Of a stretch of DNA of 64,000 nt, positions 50,800 to 63,000 are shown one piece after another. The notes beneath the pieces are model-generated. The model saw only the letters and a list, made by a program, of their open reading frames with translations, did no database searches and was not told the origin of the DNA. This DNA comes from Plasmodiophora brassicae (Eukaryota). A program made the translations under genes and the position numbers. Location of the stretch: contig CP145423.1 of NCBI GenBank assembly GCA_036867785.1, positions 1 through 64,000 on the forward strand, given 5' to 3'. The first letter of the stretch is position 1. Each line of letters opens with the position of its first letter.

Positions 50800-51440
50800 T
50801 TACCCAACGGTTGACCTCCCTTGTTCGTCAACGATTGGCCTGCGAACCGGTGCCGTCGAGAATGACATGTCTCGGCGGCAGCAATGGCGTTGCCAGATTC
50901 AAAGTCGACGGCGACTTCAGGGTTGCCCTGACGCTCCGATTACGGATGTATCCGGCGCCGTTAGTTCCGTTGTCCCGGTATGGGATGGACCTGTGTGGGA
51001 CTGAGGCTGCTATGTGTGCACAGTGCCGTGCATTGGTACGTCGACAGTGTGGATGTCGGCGGCAAAGTGGCCGACAGGCACCTCCAGAGGACGTGGACGC
51101 GCATACCCGATACTTCGGCAAGAACCAGTATCAGCTGGCCGCGGGCCGTCATGAGCTCAAGGTGTCAAGAAACTAGTCGAGATTGATGGATTCGTCACGT
51201 TAGCTGAGTGCGACGTACGAGATGACGACCCTGAAGGGGAAGAAACTTCCGTCGATGGGATTTGGCAATATATCTGCCCAGCGGGACGTTGAACGGCGCG
51301 TACCGAGGCATCCCACCCAATCGAGTCAATTGCCGCTGCACGCTCCTCCTCGCCTCGGACGAACTGATCAGGCGGACGGTCTTGGTCGCCTTCAGATACT
51401 GAAGAACGCGCCTCGCTGCCCGCCAGTGTGTAATGCCGGG
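50800..51440 (-). mobile_element. Ty1/Copia reverse transcriptase remnants
   Basis: DPGITHWRAARRVLQYLKAT matches the Copia P...HW.A.KRVLRYLKGT motif. VGHFADDI is a decayed YVDD motif. Frames are disrupted. Confidence 0.65.
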
Positions 51441-52276
51441 GTCGACCTGTCGCACCTGATGACCATGTAGGTGTCCCCGTCGGCGTGGCGAGCGTCTCTT
51501 GCCTGTCCTGCACGTGACGCGCGTGCCCCGAACCTGCAGGTCGTCCTGGTCGGCAGCAGTCGATGAAACCGGTGCAGGGAGAGGCGCCCGTTTGCCGGTC
51601 GAGGGCACCAACAGCCGATCGTCACCGAATGACAGACAGTGGCAGCAACGCCCATGCCATGCGGATGCGAACGGGTGTGGACGCGAGTGAACACGTCCTC
51701 AGACAGTATTGAACTCGGATGATGACGAAATGTACAGCATCGGCTTGAGCGCGTGATTCGACAGGTTGGACCTCTGCAGCAGTCAGGCGACGTGAAACTG
51801 ATCTGTACGAGATCCTGCTAGTCGATCGGGCATGAGCACGCGGACGTGGGATTATGCCAAAGTGGAGCGGTGCTCCTGCAGCTGTCGGCTGCATAGGATG
51901 GGAAATCAAAGGTACCTATCATCTGCGCAACGCTTTAAGTCGGTCGCTGACGTCGTCTGCCTGTCATCACCATCGATGGATGTTTCATCAGGTGCCGTCG
52001 CAGACTGATCGGGAGTGTCCACGGCTGGTGTACTTGACCGAACGCCGGTGAATCAGACTGCCTGTATACACCGGCGCGCGACGCAGACGGTCAAACGCGG
52101 CTTGCCCAGCCACAATCATCGCTGTCGCGTGCATCGGTTACGCTGAAGCACAACGTTTCCTAGCGACGAGTGAATCGGCATTCTCGGGATGAACCAGCTG
52201 CCCAGTTACCAGGACCCTGGACACTGAACATGTGCCCGAAGTCGTTCAGGAGCAGGCTAATGACGCCGTTCGCCCA

Positions 52277-53750
52277 GCAAGTTGCCCTCCAGGAGCGTCA
52301 ACGAAGAGTGTGATAGAGGAACGTCGATATGTGTCACTGCTGCATGTTGGGTGGAGTCTCGTATGTAGACCGCGTCTAACAACGTTATTTGTTCACATCC
52401 GGGCACCACGTATAAACATCTAGGATGTCCTGAGAACGACCATGCGGTTGACAGGGGGATCGGCCGTCATTCGTCATGCGACAAAGCCGATATCACGTCC
52501 AGCGCTATGCCTTCACAAATCGAAGAACTAATAGACACGCGTAGCATTAGGGTTCACAGCGCAACGCCTGGCGCCCAGCACGCTCGCTATCAATGACGTC
52601 CAGCTCGGCAGGAACCATTAACCGTGAGACCAGGACGGCATCCACACAAAGGCGCCCGGCATGCAGCCAAGGCGCTATATTGTGACTACTGGTCAATAGG
52701 AACGCTGATGTGGTCCGCCCAGCTGGGCATCTGGAGGGAGGCTTGTTGGTGGGAGCTAGACGTCAAGACGATCGTCGCTTTGTCACAATCCACGAACAAT
52801 ACCTTCAAGAACGTGCTGGACTTGCTGCCGAGTAAGATGGACTGGTTCTCGACTTTGAACAATCGTCGAACGTTGCGGATCACGACACCCGGCCCCTGTA
52901 CGTGACCAGTTACATCAATAAGGCCATCGCCTTGGATGACAAACCCTTGATATCGACTGCCTCTTCAACCACCCAGCCCTCGGATCGCTTGACGAGGGCT
53001 GTCACCGTCCGCTCGCCCAGAAGTTGGCGAACAAATAATTTCAGTTGGTGCGCCAGGGTCGCCCTGTTCCCCGCCGGGAAGGATACGGTGGGCGCAGCAC
53101 AGCAGAAGGTGAGTGCAACGACCTACGTGTATACCTTTACCTGCATAAGCAGGCAGGGGTCCCAGCCCGCCGTCGGTGTCCCCGTCGCCACCAATTCAGT
53201 GTAGTTGGCGTGTTGGAAGGCGATGGTCGTACGCCCAGTGTCGTTCTCGATCGCAATCTGCACGCTGTCGTACGTTGGCGCGGCGCCGTCCCGTAGGATT
53301 TCCGCACCGGTGCCATGCCGTCTCATTCGGTTGCCCGACCGTGATCGAGTATCTGCGCAGCAACGCGGGACGGCGTGCCGCGCCAACCTACGACGACGTA
53401 CAGATCGTGATCGACAACCTCACTGGGCATTCGACCGCTGCCTTCCAACACGCCAACTACGTTGAAGTGGTGGCGACGGGGACACCGACGGCGGGCCGGG
53501 ATCCTAAAGGTATACACGTCATCAGGTTGCCGCACTCACCATCTGATGTGCAGCGCCCGGGGAACAGGGTGATCCTGGCGCACCAACTAAAGTTATATGT
53601 TCGCCACCTGCTGGGCGAGCGGACGGTGGCAGCCTTCGTGAAGCGACACGAGGGCTGGGTGGTTAAGAAGGCAGCCGATATCAAAGGTTTGTCATCCTGC
53701 CTCCAAATGTCAAGGCGATGGCCTTATTGATGTAACTGGTCACGTACAGG
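52277..53750 (-). mobile_element. Degenerate non-LTR (LINE-like) RT fragment with fold-back duplication, copy 1
   Basis: GRDPKGIHVIRL...VILAHQLKLYVRHLLGERTVAAFVKR (RT domains 1-2), LFVDCDKA (domain 3), TVNGS and an LGVP-like motif. Inverted arms are about 52895-53292 and 53367-53750. Confidence 0.55.
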
Positions 53751-56197
53751 AAGTCCATCAGAAAGCGTGAAATGCACGACTTCGCATAGGAAGCATTGAT
53801 GGCCTTGTTGCGAAAAATGCATTGGCCTTTGACAACACGGCACCAGAATAAAAGACAACAAGAGAAGAAGCTCGCGAAGTAGAGCGAAGCGTTTCCGATG
53901 GGCGAACGTTGCCGAACTCAGCTCGTATATGCGGCTGATTCGAGAATGCATCGAATTGCGCAAGACGCTGACGAATTTGGAGGTTCGAATTTGTCTGTGC
54001 AATGCCACCTCGAAGCCTCTCACGAGGCTGAAATATCGATGACGCCAGGAATGCGAATCAACCGCCGCCCATTGCCTCATGGTGATGATATGGATGTGCA
54101 GCCAGCAGCGCTCCAGAGAGGATAAGGTGTAAGTGCCGAATGACCCATGCAGAGAAATTGCCGGGAATAATGTGCCACCATTATCGGTACAACCCACGGA
54201 AGAAACGTGGCCAAACAGCAGCGGATCGTCGGAACGGCACGTCAGGTGTCCATGCATATCCGCTCTGATGAGAGTTGTCGCCATCGCAAGTTGCAGCTTC
54301 TTGCCGATACTGAACGCTTCCGATACTGTTGAGCTCAGGAGCTCTTTCATGAACTTGATCCAAAGCTCCATACAATAGGTCCACAGAAAACCATAAACGG
54401 GGCCCGATTATGTCACCGAGATGCGCGAGTGAATGCATCTGATTCCATTTCAATCAAACAAATTATGGACCATGCCTGGGCATATGTCTTACAGAAATTG
54501 TCAGCATCACTGGAGAAATAACAGATTCAAGGCGCGCTAGTGAATCCAAGGACGATTCGGACCGCCGGTTTAAGTCGGACCTGACAAGCGCCTTCGACAG
54601 GATCTGAGACGCCCAAGTCCCAACGCAAAAAGTCGAAGAACGTTATCCAGAACTTGACCGCGCGTTCACTGACGTTCCTTTCGAGGACGACTCGAGGAAT
54701 GACCGAATACGAAAGTCCAATGCCCACGTTGCCGAGCCAACCGATGGGGTCTGAAGTTTTCCATGATTTCGACGTAGCCCATCACCTATTCGATATATCA
54801 GATATGCCGTTAGACATAGAGCGGTTGCCATTACCATCGATGCAAACGTGCAACGAACCACTTGACGAGAGGACTTGAATGCATCGTATACCACAAACGC
54901 ATAATGATACATTATGTTTAGCTCAAATGCATGTAGGCGAAGAAAATTTCGTCGATGGGCTTTGGCAATATTTGGGATCAAGAAGACCGGTTGCATCAGC
55001 CCAACGTTGCAACGGACAGCTGCTGACAACCCCAGAACAATCTGTACGAGCGGTACAACCGATCTTGATCCCCATCTGAGGACATCCGCACCGTCAAGCA
55101 TTGACGAAAGTCCCAGAGGGAACTCATCGAATCGCATGCACCGCCGCATGAAATCGGCATAACGCACAGAGAAGTTTGCCCCGTCGGTCCAGTCACGGAA
55201 GGTATCGGCTGGCTCGTCGAGTTGATTGATATGTCTAGCGTATTCTTCGTTCAACTGTTGAGCAAACGTTTTGGACCGGAACAGCGACTGGAGGAAGAGG
55301 ATTCGCGAGAATTAAGGAAATGGCTCCGAAGTAGCACCGCAAGCATTGCCAGGCGCGTTCGTGTCCGCTGGCGAGATATGGCCCTCGGAACATACACGAT
55401 AAGTCAGGGAAGGAATGGCTAGGCCGAGGTCGAGGAGATGCCTCCGCAGACGAGCGACAGAGGCGATGCCGACGTTTGTGCTGTTTCGCGACAACATGAA
55501 ATCGTCAAAATCGCCGATGTCGATGCCTCTCGTGGTCGCCTATTCGTGAACCTACAGGGGTAGGATATCGTCAATCTGGGTTTCAGCATCCTTGCACAGT
55601 GCACCTTACCAGCGCGTTATGCTTCTCAACCAATTTCATCGACCTTTCACAGCTAATCTACAGTCGGCTGTCGACAGCCTGGCACGAATGGCCTCGTCGA
55701 AAACATCAACGGCGTCCGTGTCCAGTTCGTCAATTGCCACGGGCACCAGACGAGAGTTCATGTGCGTCATAAGATGATCGTAGAGAGCAAAGCTCGGCCA
55801 TATATCCACCCTCGTTGTCACGACGCCAATCGTCGAACGAATCGGTGTTTTCACGAGCCGCAACGTCGAGGAGTGCAGGTCGAATGCCGGATGCCGCGAC
55901 TCGTGGTGTATCATCAGGTCCCTCGAGTTCGAACTGTGCCGGACCGTCATCGTCATTCACGAGTTCAACATCATCACCGCCAGACATGGCATCCCCATTG
56001 TGGCGACGTCGGATCCATTGACGCAGGAAATACTCATTTGCGTCACCCTCGTCCGGCAGTTTCGCTTCGCCGTCATCGCTGGACTCCAACCATTCCCGAA
56101 GAAAGAAGTTGCCATCGACGTCGTCATCGGGCGACTTGGCCTCGACACCATCGCCACGCCTCGCCCATTCCTGCCAGAGCAGTCTCCCACTGCGTCA
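52277..56197 (+). repeat. Segmental duplication, copy 1 (copy 2 at about 60020-64000)
   Basis: Colinear, high-identity match at an offset of about 7.75-7.8 kb. Several ORF translations are identical between the copies. Confidence 0.96.
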
Positions 56198-56290
56198 TCA
56201 TCGGTCGACGACTTCTCCTCCAGTGCGGCGTTCACATCACGACTCATCGGCGCGAATCGCACGCTGGACCACCCGCGTTCGTTGCGGAGT
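53751..56290 (-). mobile_element. CACTA/EnSpm-like transposase pseudogene, copy 1
   Basis: DTFRDWTDG...LGLSSMLDG......SVVPLVQIVLGLSAAVR..VGLMQPVFLIP is tnp2/Transposase_21-like. The QMHSLAHL..II.GP motif is present. It carries frameshifts. Confidence 0.7.
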
Positions 56291-56301
56291 GCGTGGTACC
56301 T

Positions 56302-58030
56302 TCAAGTTTCAACTTCCATGACGATCCGGCCGCGCAGAGAATTGGATCCTGTAACCGATTGCTGTGGCTGCAAGCCGTCCCCAATTGACCGAAATTGACA
56401 TTCTCTGTAATGTTGACCTGAATTTGACGCGGAATTTTCCCAGAGATGTCGAGACGTTCCGTTGAGACGTGCCTGATGTACCATTCGATTGCACGACGTT
56501 TCGATCTCGTGCACGTTGATCGGACCCAGGTCGACTTCACTTGAAGATGGCTCAGCGGAGTCTGGTTCCTGAGGGGCTTGAAATTGGTTCATTCTGGCAG
56601 CCATGCGGCGCACAGTCTCGATCGAATCAACGTCGACCGCAGCGCATCCTGAGAGCGTATCCATCTCGGTACATCCCGATGCGATGATGTTCTCCAATAG
56701 CTTATGCGGGTTAATGAGAAGAGCAGACAGGAGATTGTCATCAAACAGAATCACTGAAATCGTGTCGGAGACGTAGTAGGTCACATGGTACAGCTTAAGG
56801 TTGCCAACCTCAGTCTCCAGAGCTAGTCGTGACTGGAACTTGTACCGTACCATTCTCATGATTGTCCCGGTAACCTTGCCTTCTGCGGAAGTGACTTCTC
56901 GTGACTGGACGTCGCGAAATGTGGCTTCAGTCAACTGGTCAGCTAAATGACCAGGAATTATGTTTCCACCACGACAGCCCGAATCCAGCTCGTATGGGAC
57001 GCGCATGCCTCCAGCACTATACTACATGTTGTAGATCGTCCTCAGTCCCAGCGTACCCGTTAGTCTTCTGGACCTTTATAGGGCGATTGGCGCGAACGAG
57101 CTGGATGCAGCGTTTCTTCGATGGCTTCGTCGGGCAGACTCGCAATCCGTGGTCGCCGCCGAAGTTCCAGCAAGTGATCTGACCCTTGCCGGCGTCCTTG
57201 TTGTCAGGGTCGTCCCTCTAGCTGTCGCTTCGTACCAGGTGTCTCATTCCCGTTCGGTGGTGCTCCAGGAGCCATAGCTTTCGATGCATTCGGCTGCGTG
57301 TTGTGAACGATAGCATGCTTCGGACGGGTCGGTCGGTTGGTAGCGGGCGATGCTGCGGGACGCGCCGAACGCCAGTTGCCAACGCCACTTGATACTTGTG
57401 ACTCTTGTCGTTGAGGTGTACTTCGGCACAGGTCTTGTTAGACACTTCCGCGATCTGCGTGGAGCCTTGCACGAAGACCTTGTATCTGACCCATTCCAGG
57501 GCGTGCTTCATGATGGCCTTCAAGTCACCCTCGCCCTCATGGCCTTGTCGTCCTTGACCCACTGCCGCAAATGGTCCCATAACGGTCACGGCTGGAGTGA
57601 ATCCACCAACAATCGACCCAGTGCTCGACGTCCACCGGTCGTGTCGCGTAGATGAAGTCATGCGCGTTTCCACTGGATCTCCGTCATCCGATCCAAAATG
57701 GACTGCACCCCTGATCCTTCAGCGTAGGGAGGCTTACGTCCATCGACAACTCCTTGGCAAACTTGGCTTCGATGTCCTGAGACGTGAGACTGTGGCTGGC
57801 CGGAAGACTCTTGATCTGGCCAGCGATCCACCCTTCAAGTTCGTCATCAGTCAGCATGTCGACGCTGAGAAGGAAGAGGTGATTCAGGGCAACAATGGAC
57901 GTCAGCTGTGGCGTCGTGAAGCAAAGCGGATTGCTTGCGGCTTGATCCTAGCTGCCTCAGATCGTTGTCCTTCGCGATCATTCACGACGGCGCAGTACCG
58001 GTCACATCGCACCTTTCAACTTCAGGGTCG
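56302..58030 (-). mobile_element. LTR retrotransposon (probably Ty3/Gypsy) gag-protease remnant
   Basis: Decayed zinc knuckle ITCWNFGGDHGLRVCP (about 57135-57180), followed by the aspartic protease motif YELDSG. It is truncated against the CACTA-like remnant. Confidence 0.7.
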
Positions 58031-58447
58031 ACGTAGCATCCAGCTTCGTCGCGCGCGGGAGAATGCTGATGTCGGCCGAGCTCTTGACGTTGCCGACGTT
58101 CACGCCTTGCGACTCTGATGCCATGACCGAACGAAGATATATGCGACGATCCACCGTTTGTGGACGTGATAACGTAGACCTGGGTGTCTAGCGCCCATTG
58201 GCACGTTCGCCGGTGAGCGCACCGAGCACCACGCGCACTGTCGTCGGCTCGCCACCCGGTTTGGCTGAGCCACGCACTGCGCATGGGTCATCGACTCATC
58301 GTGCAAGGCGGCTGGACAACGCCGCCGACCTGTGTCGCAGCTGCTCATCGCCGCGCCAGGTGTCGAATAGCCGTTTATTCTTGATAACGTTCGTTGAATG
58401 GCAAAATCCTGTGAACAGGCATTGATGGAAGCATTGCTTTGCTCAAC

Positions 58448-59852
58448 TCACATCGTTATCCTCAACGCCAGTGTCTTGTTGCTCAACTCATCATCGTGCG
58501 ATTCTTCCTTAGCTTCGCCCCTGCTCAACTCATCGTCATCTTCAACGTCAGCGCGCGATTCTTCCTGAGCTTCGTCGTCGCTCAATGCATCGTCATCTTC
58601 AACGCCAGCGCGCGATTCTTCCTGAGCTTCGTCGTCGCTCAACGCATCGTCATCTTCAACGTCAGCGCGCGATTCTTCCTGAGCTTCGTCGTCGCTCAAC
58701 GCATCGTCATCTTCAACGTCAGCGCGCGACTCTGGTTGAGTTTTGTCATTGGCTAGCTGGTTGGTAATCCGACGAAGAGCATGTAAATCGCCAATGTTGT
58801 TGTTCACAAACTCAATCCCTCTCCGGCCTCTAATGAAATCATTCTGCCGCCAGTACCTCGCACCAGCCACAACACGCTCAAATTGGTTGGAGCTGATCTT
58901 GAATATGGGTGTCGTAATTTCAACCTGGCCAAGGACGAGCCTCTCTTTGGCCATTCTGGCGAAATTCATCGCCGTTTCGCTAATGTCGGTGAAGGTTGAG
59001 ATATCAAGAGCACGTTGCTCTTCAATGTCGAAAGCAAGAACTTCGCGGTCATCTTTGAAGAACACCTTCTGCTTAATTGAATAGAATATTGCATAATGAG
59101 GGTCGGTCGTGAACGATATATACGCCGACATTTCTGTGTATCCTTCCTCTATATGCTGTGACTCGCTCCGCGTACTCAGAGGGGCGCCGGGTCGCAGGCA
59201 CGGAACATCAGCGCCCAGTTGAGTTTCGTCGAAATTGAATTTATGGCACGCTCGGTACAGACGAACGTAACCTTCTTCGACGCTAGCAAGACCGGAGGGC
59301 GTCATATCGGCCCCTGTTAGCGAGTCGCCTACTTGCTGAATATTGCGGTTAACAGGCGACGACGACGACGACGATGACGATGCGAAAATACAAAATACCA
59401 TTGACGGCTTCCACCCAAAACGAAATTTCCCCGCGTCATTTGTCAACCCTGGGTCCATCGCCATTATCAAGCATGTTGAGGGCATCAGAAGGGAGTTCTG
59501 CATTACAAGGGGTTGTTTGCGAGTTTGGGCCTCCGTCGGCTAAATACAACGATACCGTGCCAAGAATGCAGCACCACTTGGGCAGATTTGCTGATTTCAC
59601 TTTCAAGTCAGAACTGAACTCCGTGGGAGTGCGCAAAATGCCTCGTGTGGACTGTTTTGGCACTGCCTGCGAATCTTGGATGGCATCGCCTGGCGTCTCG
59701 TTCTCCAGCAAACCTGCGCCCTGATGATCAACCATGGCTAGATCGCCCGCTTCAGCCCTGCCGCATTTCCAGTCAGGGTCTGGGCACGATGCGTCGCCGC
59801 CGGCAGCACTTCGTTTAGCTGTGTCCCGCGTTTCCGTTTGTGCTTCCTCCAT
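58448..59852 (-). CDS. ADP-ribosyltransferase-fold (R-S-E type) domain protein with acidic repeat tail, probably multi-exon
   Basis: VRLYRA...QHIEEG...SAYISFTTDPHYAIFY...AMNFARMAKERLVLGQV lies in an open 351-codon frame. The upstream ORF 59436-59852 is a likely first exon, but the 5' structure is uncertain. Confidence 0.65.
58499..58729 (-). repeat. 57-bp coding tandem repeat (AQEESRADVEDDDALSDDE), about 4 copies
   Basis: The 57-bp period is visible directly and is in frame within ORF 58448-59503. Confidence 0.95.
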
Positions 59853-60019
59853 GTCTGGCGTTCGTGCCGGTGTCGTCAGGCATGGCGTCGGGTGGCGACG
59901 CTGTCCTGAGGTCGACCCCGCTCGGCATTCGATGTCCAGGTGTTATGGCATCTGTGCCCGGTGGCACGCCTGCTGCTGGTGATTAGGCCCTGACGCTGCG
60001 CAACGGCGCCGTTCGGCCT

Positions 60020-63000
60020 GCAAGTTGCCCACTAGGAGCGTCAACGAAGGGTGTGATAGAGGAACGCCGATATGTGTCACTGCTGCATGTTGGGTGGAGT
60101 CTTGTGTGTAAACTGCGTCTAACAACGTTCTTTGTTCATATCCTGGCACCACGTATCAACATTTAGGATGTCCTGAGAACGGCCATGCGGTTGACAAGGG
60201 GATCGGCCGTCATTCGATGGAATTGGCACCCATTTCGCTCCATTCATGCGACAAAGTCGTTACATCGCCCAGCGCTATGCCTGCACCAATCGAAGAAGTA
60301 ATAAACATGCTTACGAAGCATTACGGTTTACAGCGCAACGCCTGGCGCCCAGCACGCTCGCTAGCGACGATGTCCAGCTCGGCAGGAACCATTAACCGTG
60401 AGACCAGGAGGGCATCCACACGAAGGCGACCGGCATGCAGCCAAGGCGCTATATTGTGACTACTGGTCCATAGGAATGCTAATGTGGTCCGCCCAGCTCG
60501 GCATCTGTTGGGAGGCTTGCTCTTGTCCATGGTCGACGCAAGATGACAAGACGATTGATGCTTTGTCAAAGCCCCAGAGCCACACCTTTAAGAACTTGCT
60601 GGAGTTGCTGCCGAGAAAGATGGACTGGATCTCGACTTTGAAGAACCGTCGACCGTTGCGGATCACGACAACCGGCCCTGTACGTGACCAATTACATCAA
60701 TAAGGCCATCGCATTGACATTTGGAGGCAGGATGGCAAACCTTTGATATCGGCAGCCTTTTTTACCACCCAACCCTCGGGTCGCTTGACGAGCGCTGCCG
60801 CTGTCCGCTCGCCCAGCAGGTGGCGAACATATAATTTCAGTTGGTGCGCCAGGGTCACCCTGTTCCCTGCCGCGAAGGACACGGCGTGCGCAGCACAGCA
60901 GAAGACGAGTGCAACAACCTAATGGCGTGTATACCTTTACCTGCATGTGCAGGCAGGGACCCAGCCGGCCGTCGGTGTCCCCGTCGTCACCAATTCAACG
61001 TAGTTGGCGTGTTGGAAGGCGATGGTCGTACGCCCAGTGTCGTTCTCGATCGCAATCTGCACGCTGTCGTACGTTGGCGCGGCGCCGTCCCGTAGGATTT
61101 CCGCACCGGTGCCATGCCGTCTCATTCGGTTGCCCGACCGTGATCGAGTATCTGCGCAGCAACGCGGGACGGCGTGCCGCGCCAACCTACGACGACGTAC
61201 AGATCGTGATCGACAACCTCACTGGGCATTCGACCGCTGCCTTCCAACACGCCAACTACGTTGAAGTGGTGGCGACGGGGACACCGACGGCGGGCCGGGA
61301 TCCTAAAGGTATACACGTCATCAGGTTGCCGCACTCACCATCTGATGTGCAGCGCCCGGGGAACAGGGTGATCCTGGCGCACCAACTAAAGTTATATGTT
61401 CGCCACCTGCTGGGCGAGCGGACGGTGGCAGCCTTCGTGAAGCGACACGAGGGCTGGGTGGTTAAGAAGGCAGCCGATATCAAAGGTTTGTCATCCTGCC
61501 TCCAAATGTCAAGGCGATGGCCTTATTGATGTAACTGGTCACGTACAGGAAGTCCATCAGAAAGCGTGAAATGCACGACTTCGCATAGGAAGCATTGATG
61601 GCCTTGTTGCGAAAAATGCATTGGCCTTTGACAACACGGCACCAGAATAAAAGACAACAAGAGAAGAAGCTCGCGAAGTAGAGCGAAGCGTTTCCGATAG
61701 GCGAACGTTGCCGAACTCAGCTCGTATATGCGGCTGATTCGAGAATGCATCGAATTGCGCAAGACGCTGACGAATTTGGAGGAAGGTTCGAATTTGTCTG
61801 CGCGATGCCACCTCGAAGCCCCTCACGAGTCTGAAATATCGATGACGCCAGGAATGCGAATCAACCGCCGCCCATTGCCTCATGGTGATGATATGGCCGA
61901 GCAGCCAGCAGCGCTCCAGAGAGGATAAGGTGTAAGTGCCGAATGACCCATGCAGAGACATTTCCGGGAATACTGTGCCACCATTATCGGTACAACCCAT
62001 GGAAGAAACGTGGCCAAACAGCAGCGGATCGTCAGAACGGCACGTCAGGTGTCCATGCATATCCGCTCTGATGAGAGTTGCCGCCATCGCAAGTTGCAGC
62101 TTCTTGCCGATACTGAACGCTTCCGATACTGTTGAGCTCAGGAGCTCTTTCATGAACTTGATCCAAAGCTCCATACAATTGGTCCACAGAAAACCGTAAA
62201 CTGGGCCCCAGTATCGTATTATGCCACCGAGATGCGCGAGTGAATGCATCTGATTCCATTTCAATCAAACAAATTATGGACCATGTCTGGGCATATGTCT
62301 TACAGAAATTGTCAGCATCACTGGAGAAATAACAGATTCAAGGCGCGCTAGTGAATCCAAGAACGATTCGGACCGCCGGTTTAAGTCGGACCTGACAAAC
62401 GCCTTCGACAGGATCTGAGACGCCCAACGCAAAAACGTCGAAGAACGTTATCCAGAACTTGACCGCGCGTTCACTGGCGTTCCTCTCGAGGACGACTCGA
62501 TGAATGACCGAATAAAAAAGTTCAATGCCTACGTCGCCGAGCCAACCGATGGAGTCTGAAGCTTTCCAGGATGTCGACGTAGTCCATCACCTATTCGATA
62601 TATCAGATATGCCGTTAGACTTACAGCGGTTGCCATTACCATCGATGCAAATGTACAACGAGCCACTTGACGAGAGGATTGAATGCATCGTATACCACAA
62701 ACCGATAATGATACATGATGTTCAGCTCAAATGCATCTAGGCGAAGAAAATTCCGTCGATGGGCTTTGGCAATATTTGGGATCAAGAAGACCGGTTGCAT
62801 CAGCCCAACGTTGCAACGGACAGCTGCTGACAACCCCAGAACAATCTGTACGAGCGGTACAACCGATCTTGATCCCCATCTGAGGACATCCGCACCGTCA
62901 AGCATTGACGAAAGTCCCAGAGGGAACTCATCGAATCGCATGCACCGCCGCATGAAATCGGCATAACGCACAGAGAAGTTTGCCCCGTCGGTCCAGTCAC

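Noticed and set aside
58439-58756. Hydrophobic repeat ORF on the plus strand
   Set aside because: It is antisense to the acidic 57-bp coding repeat.
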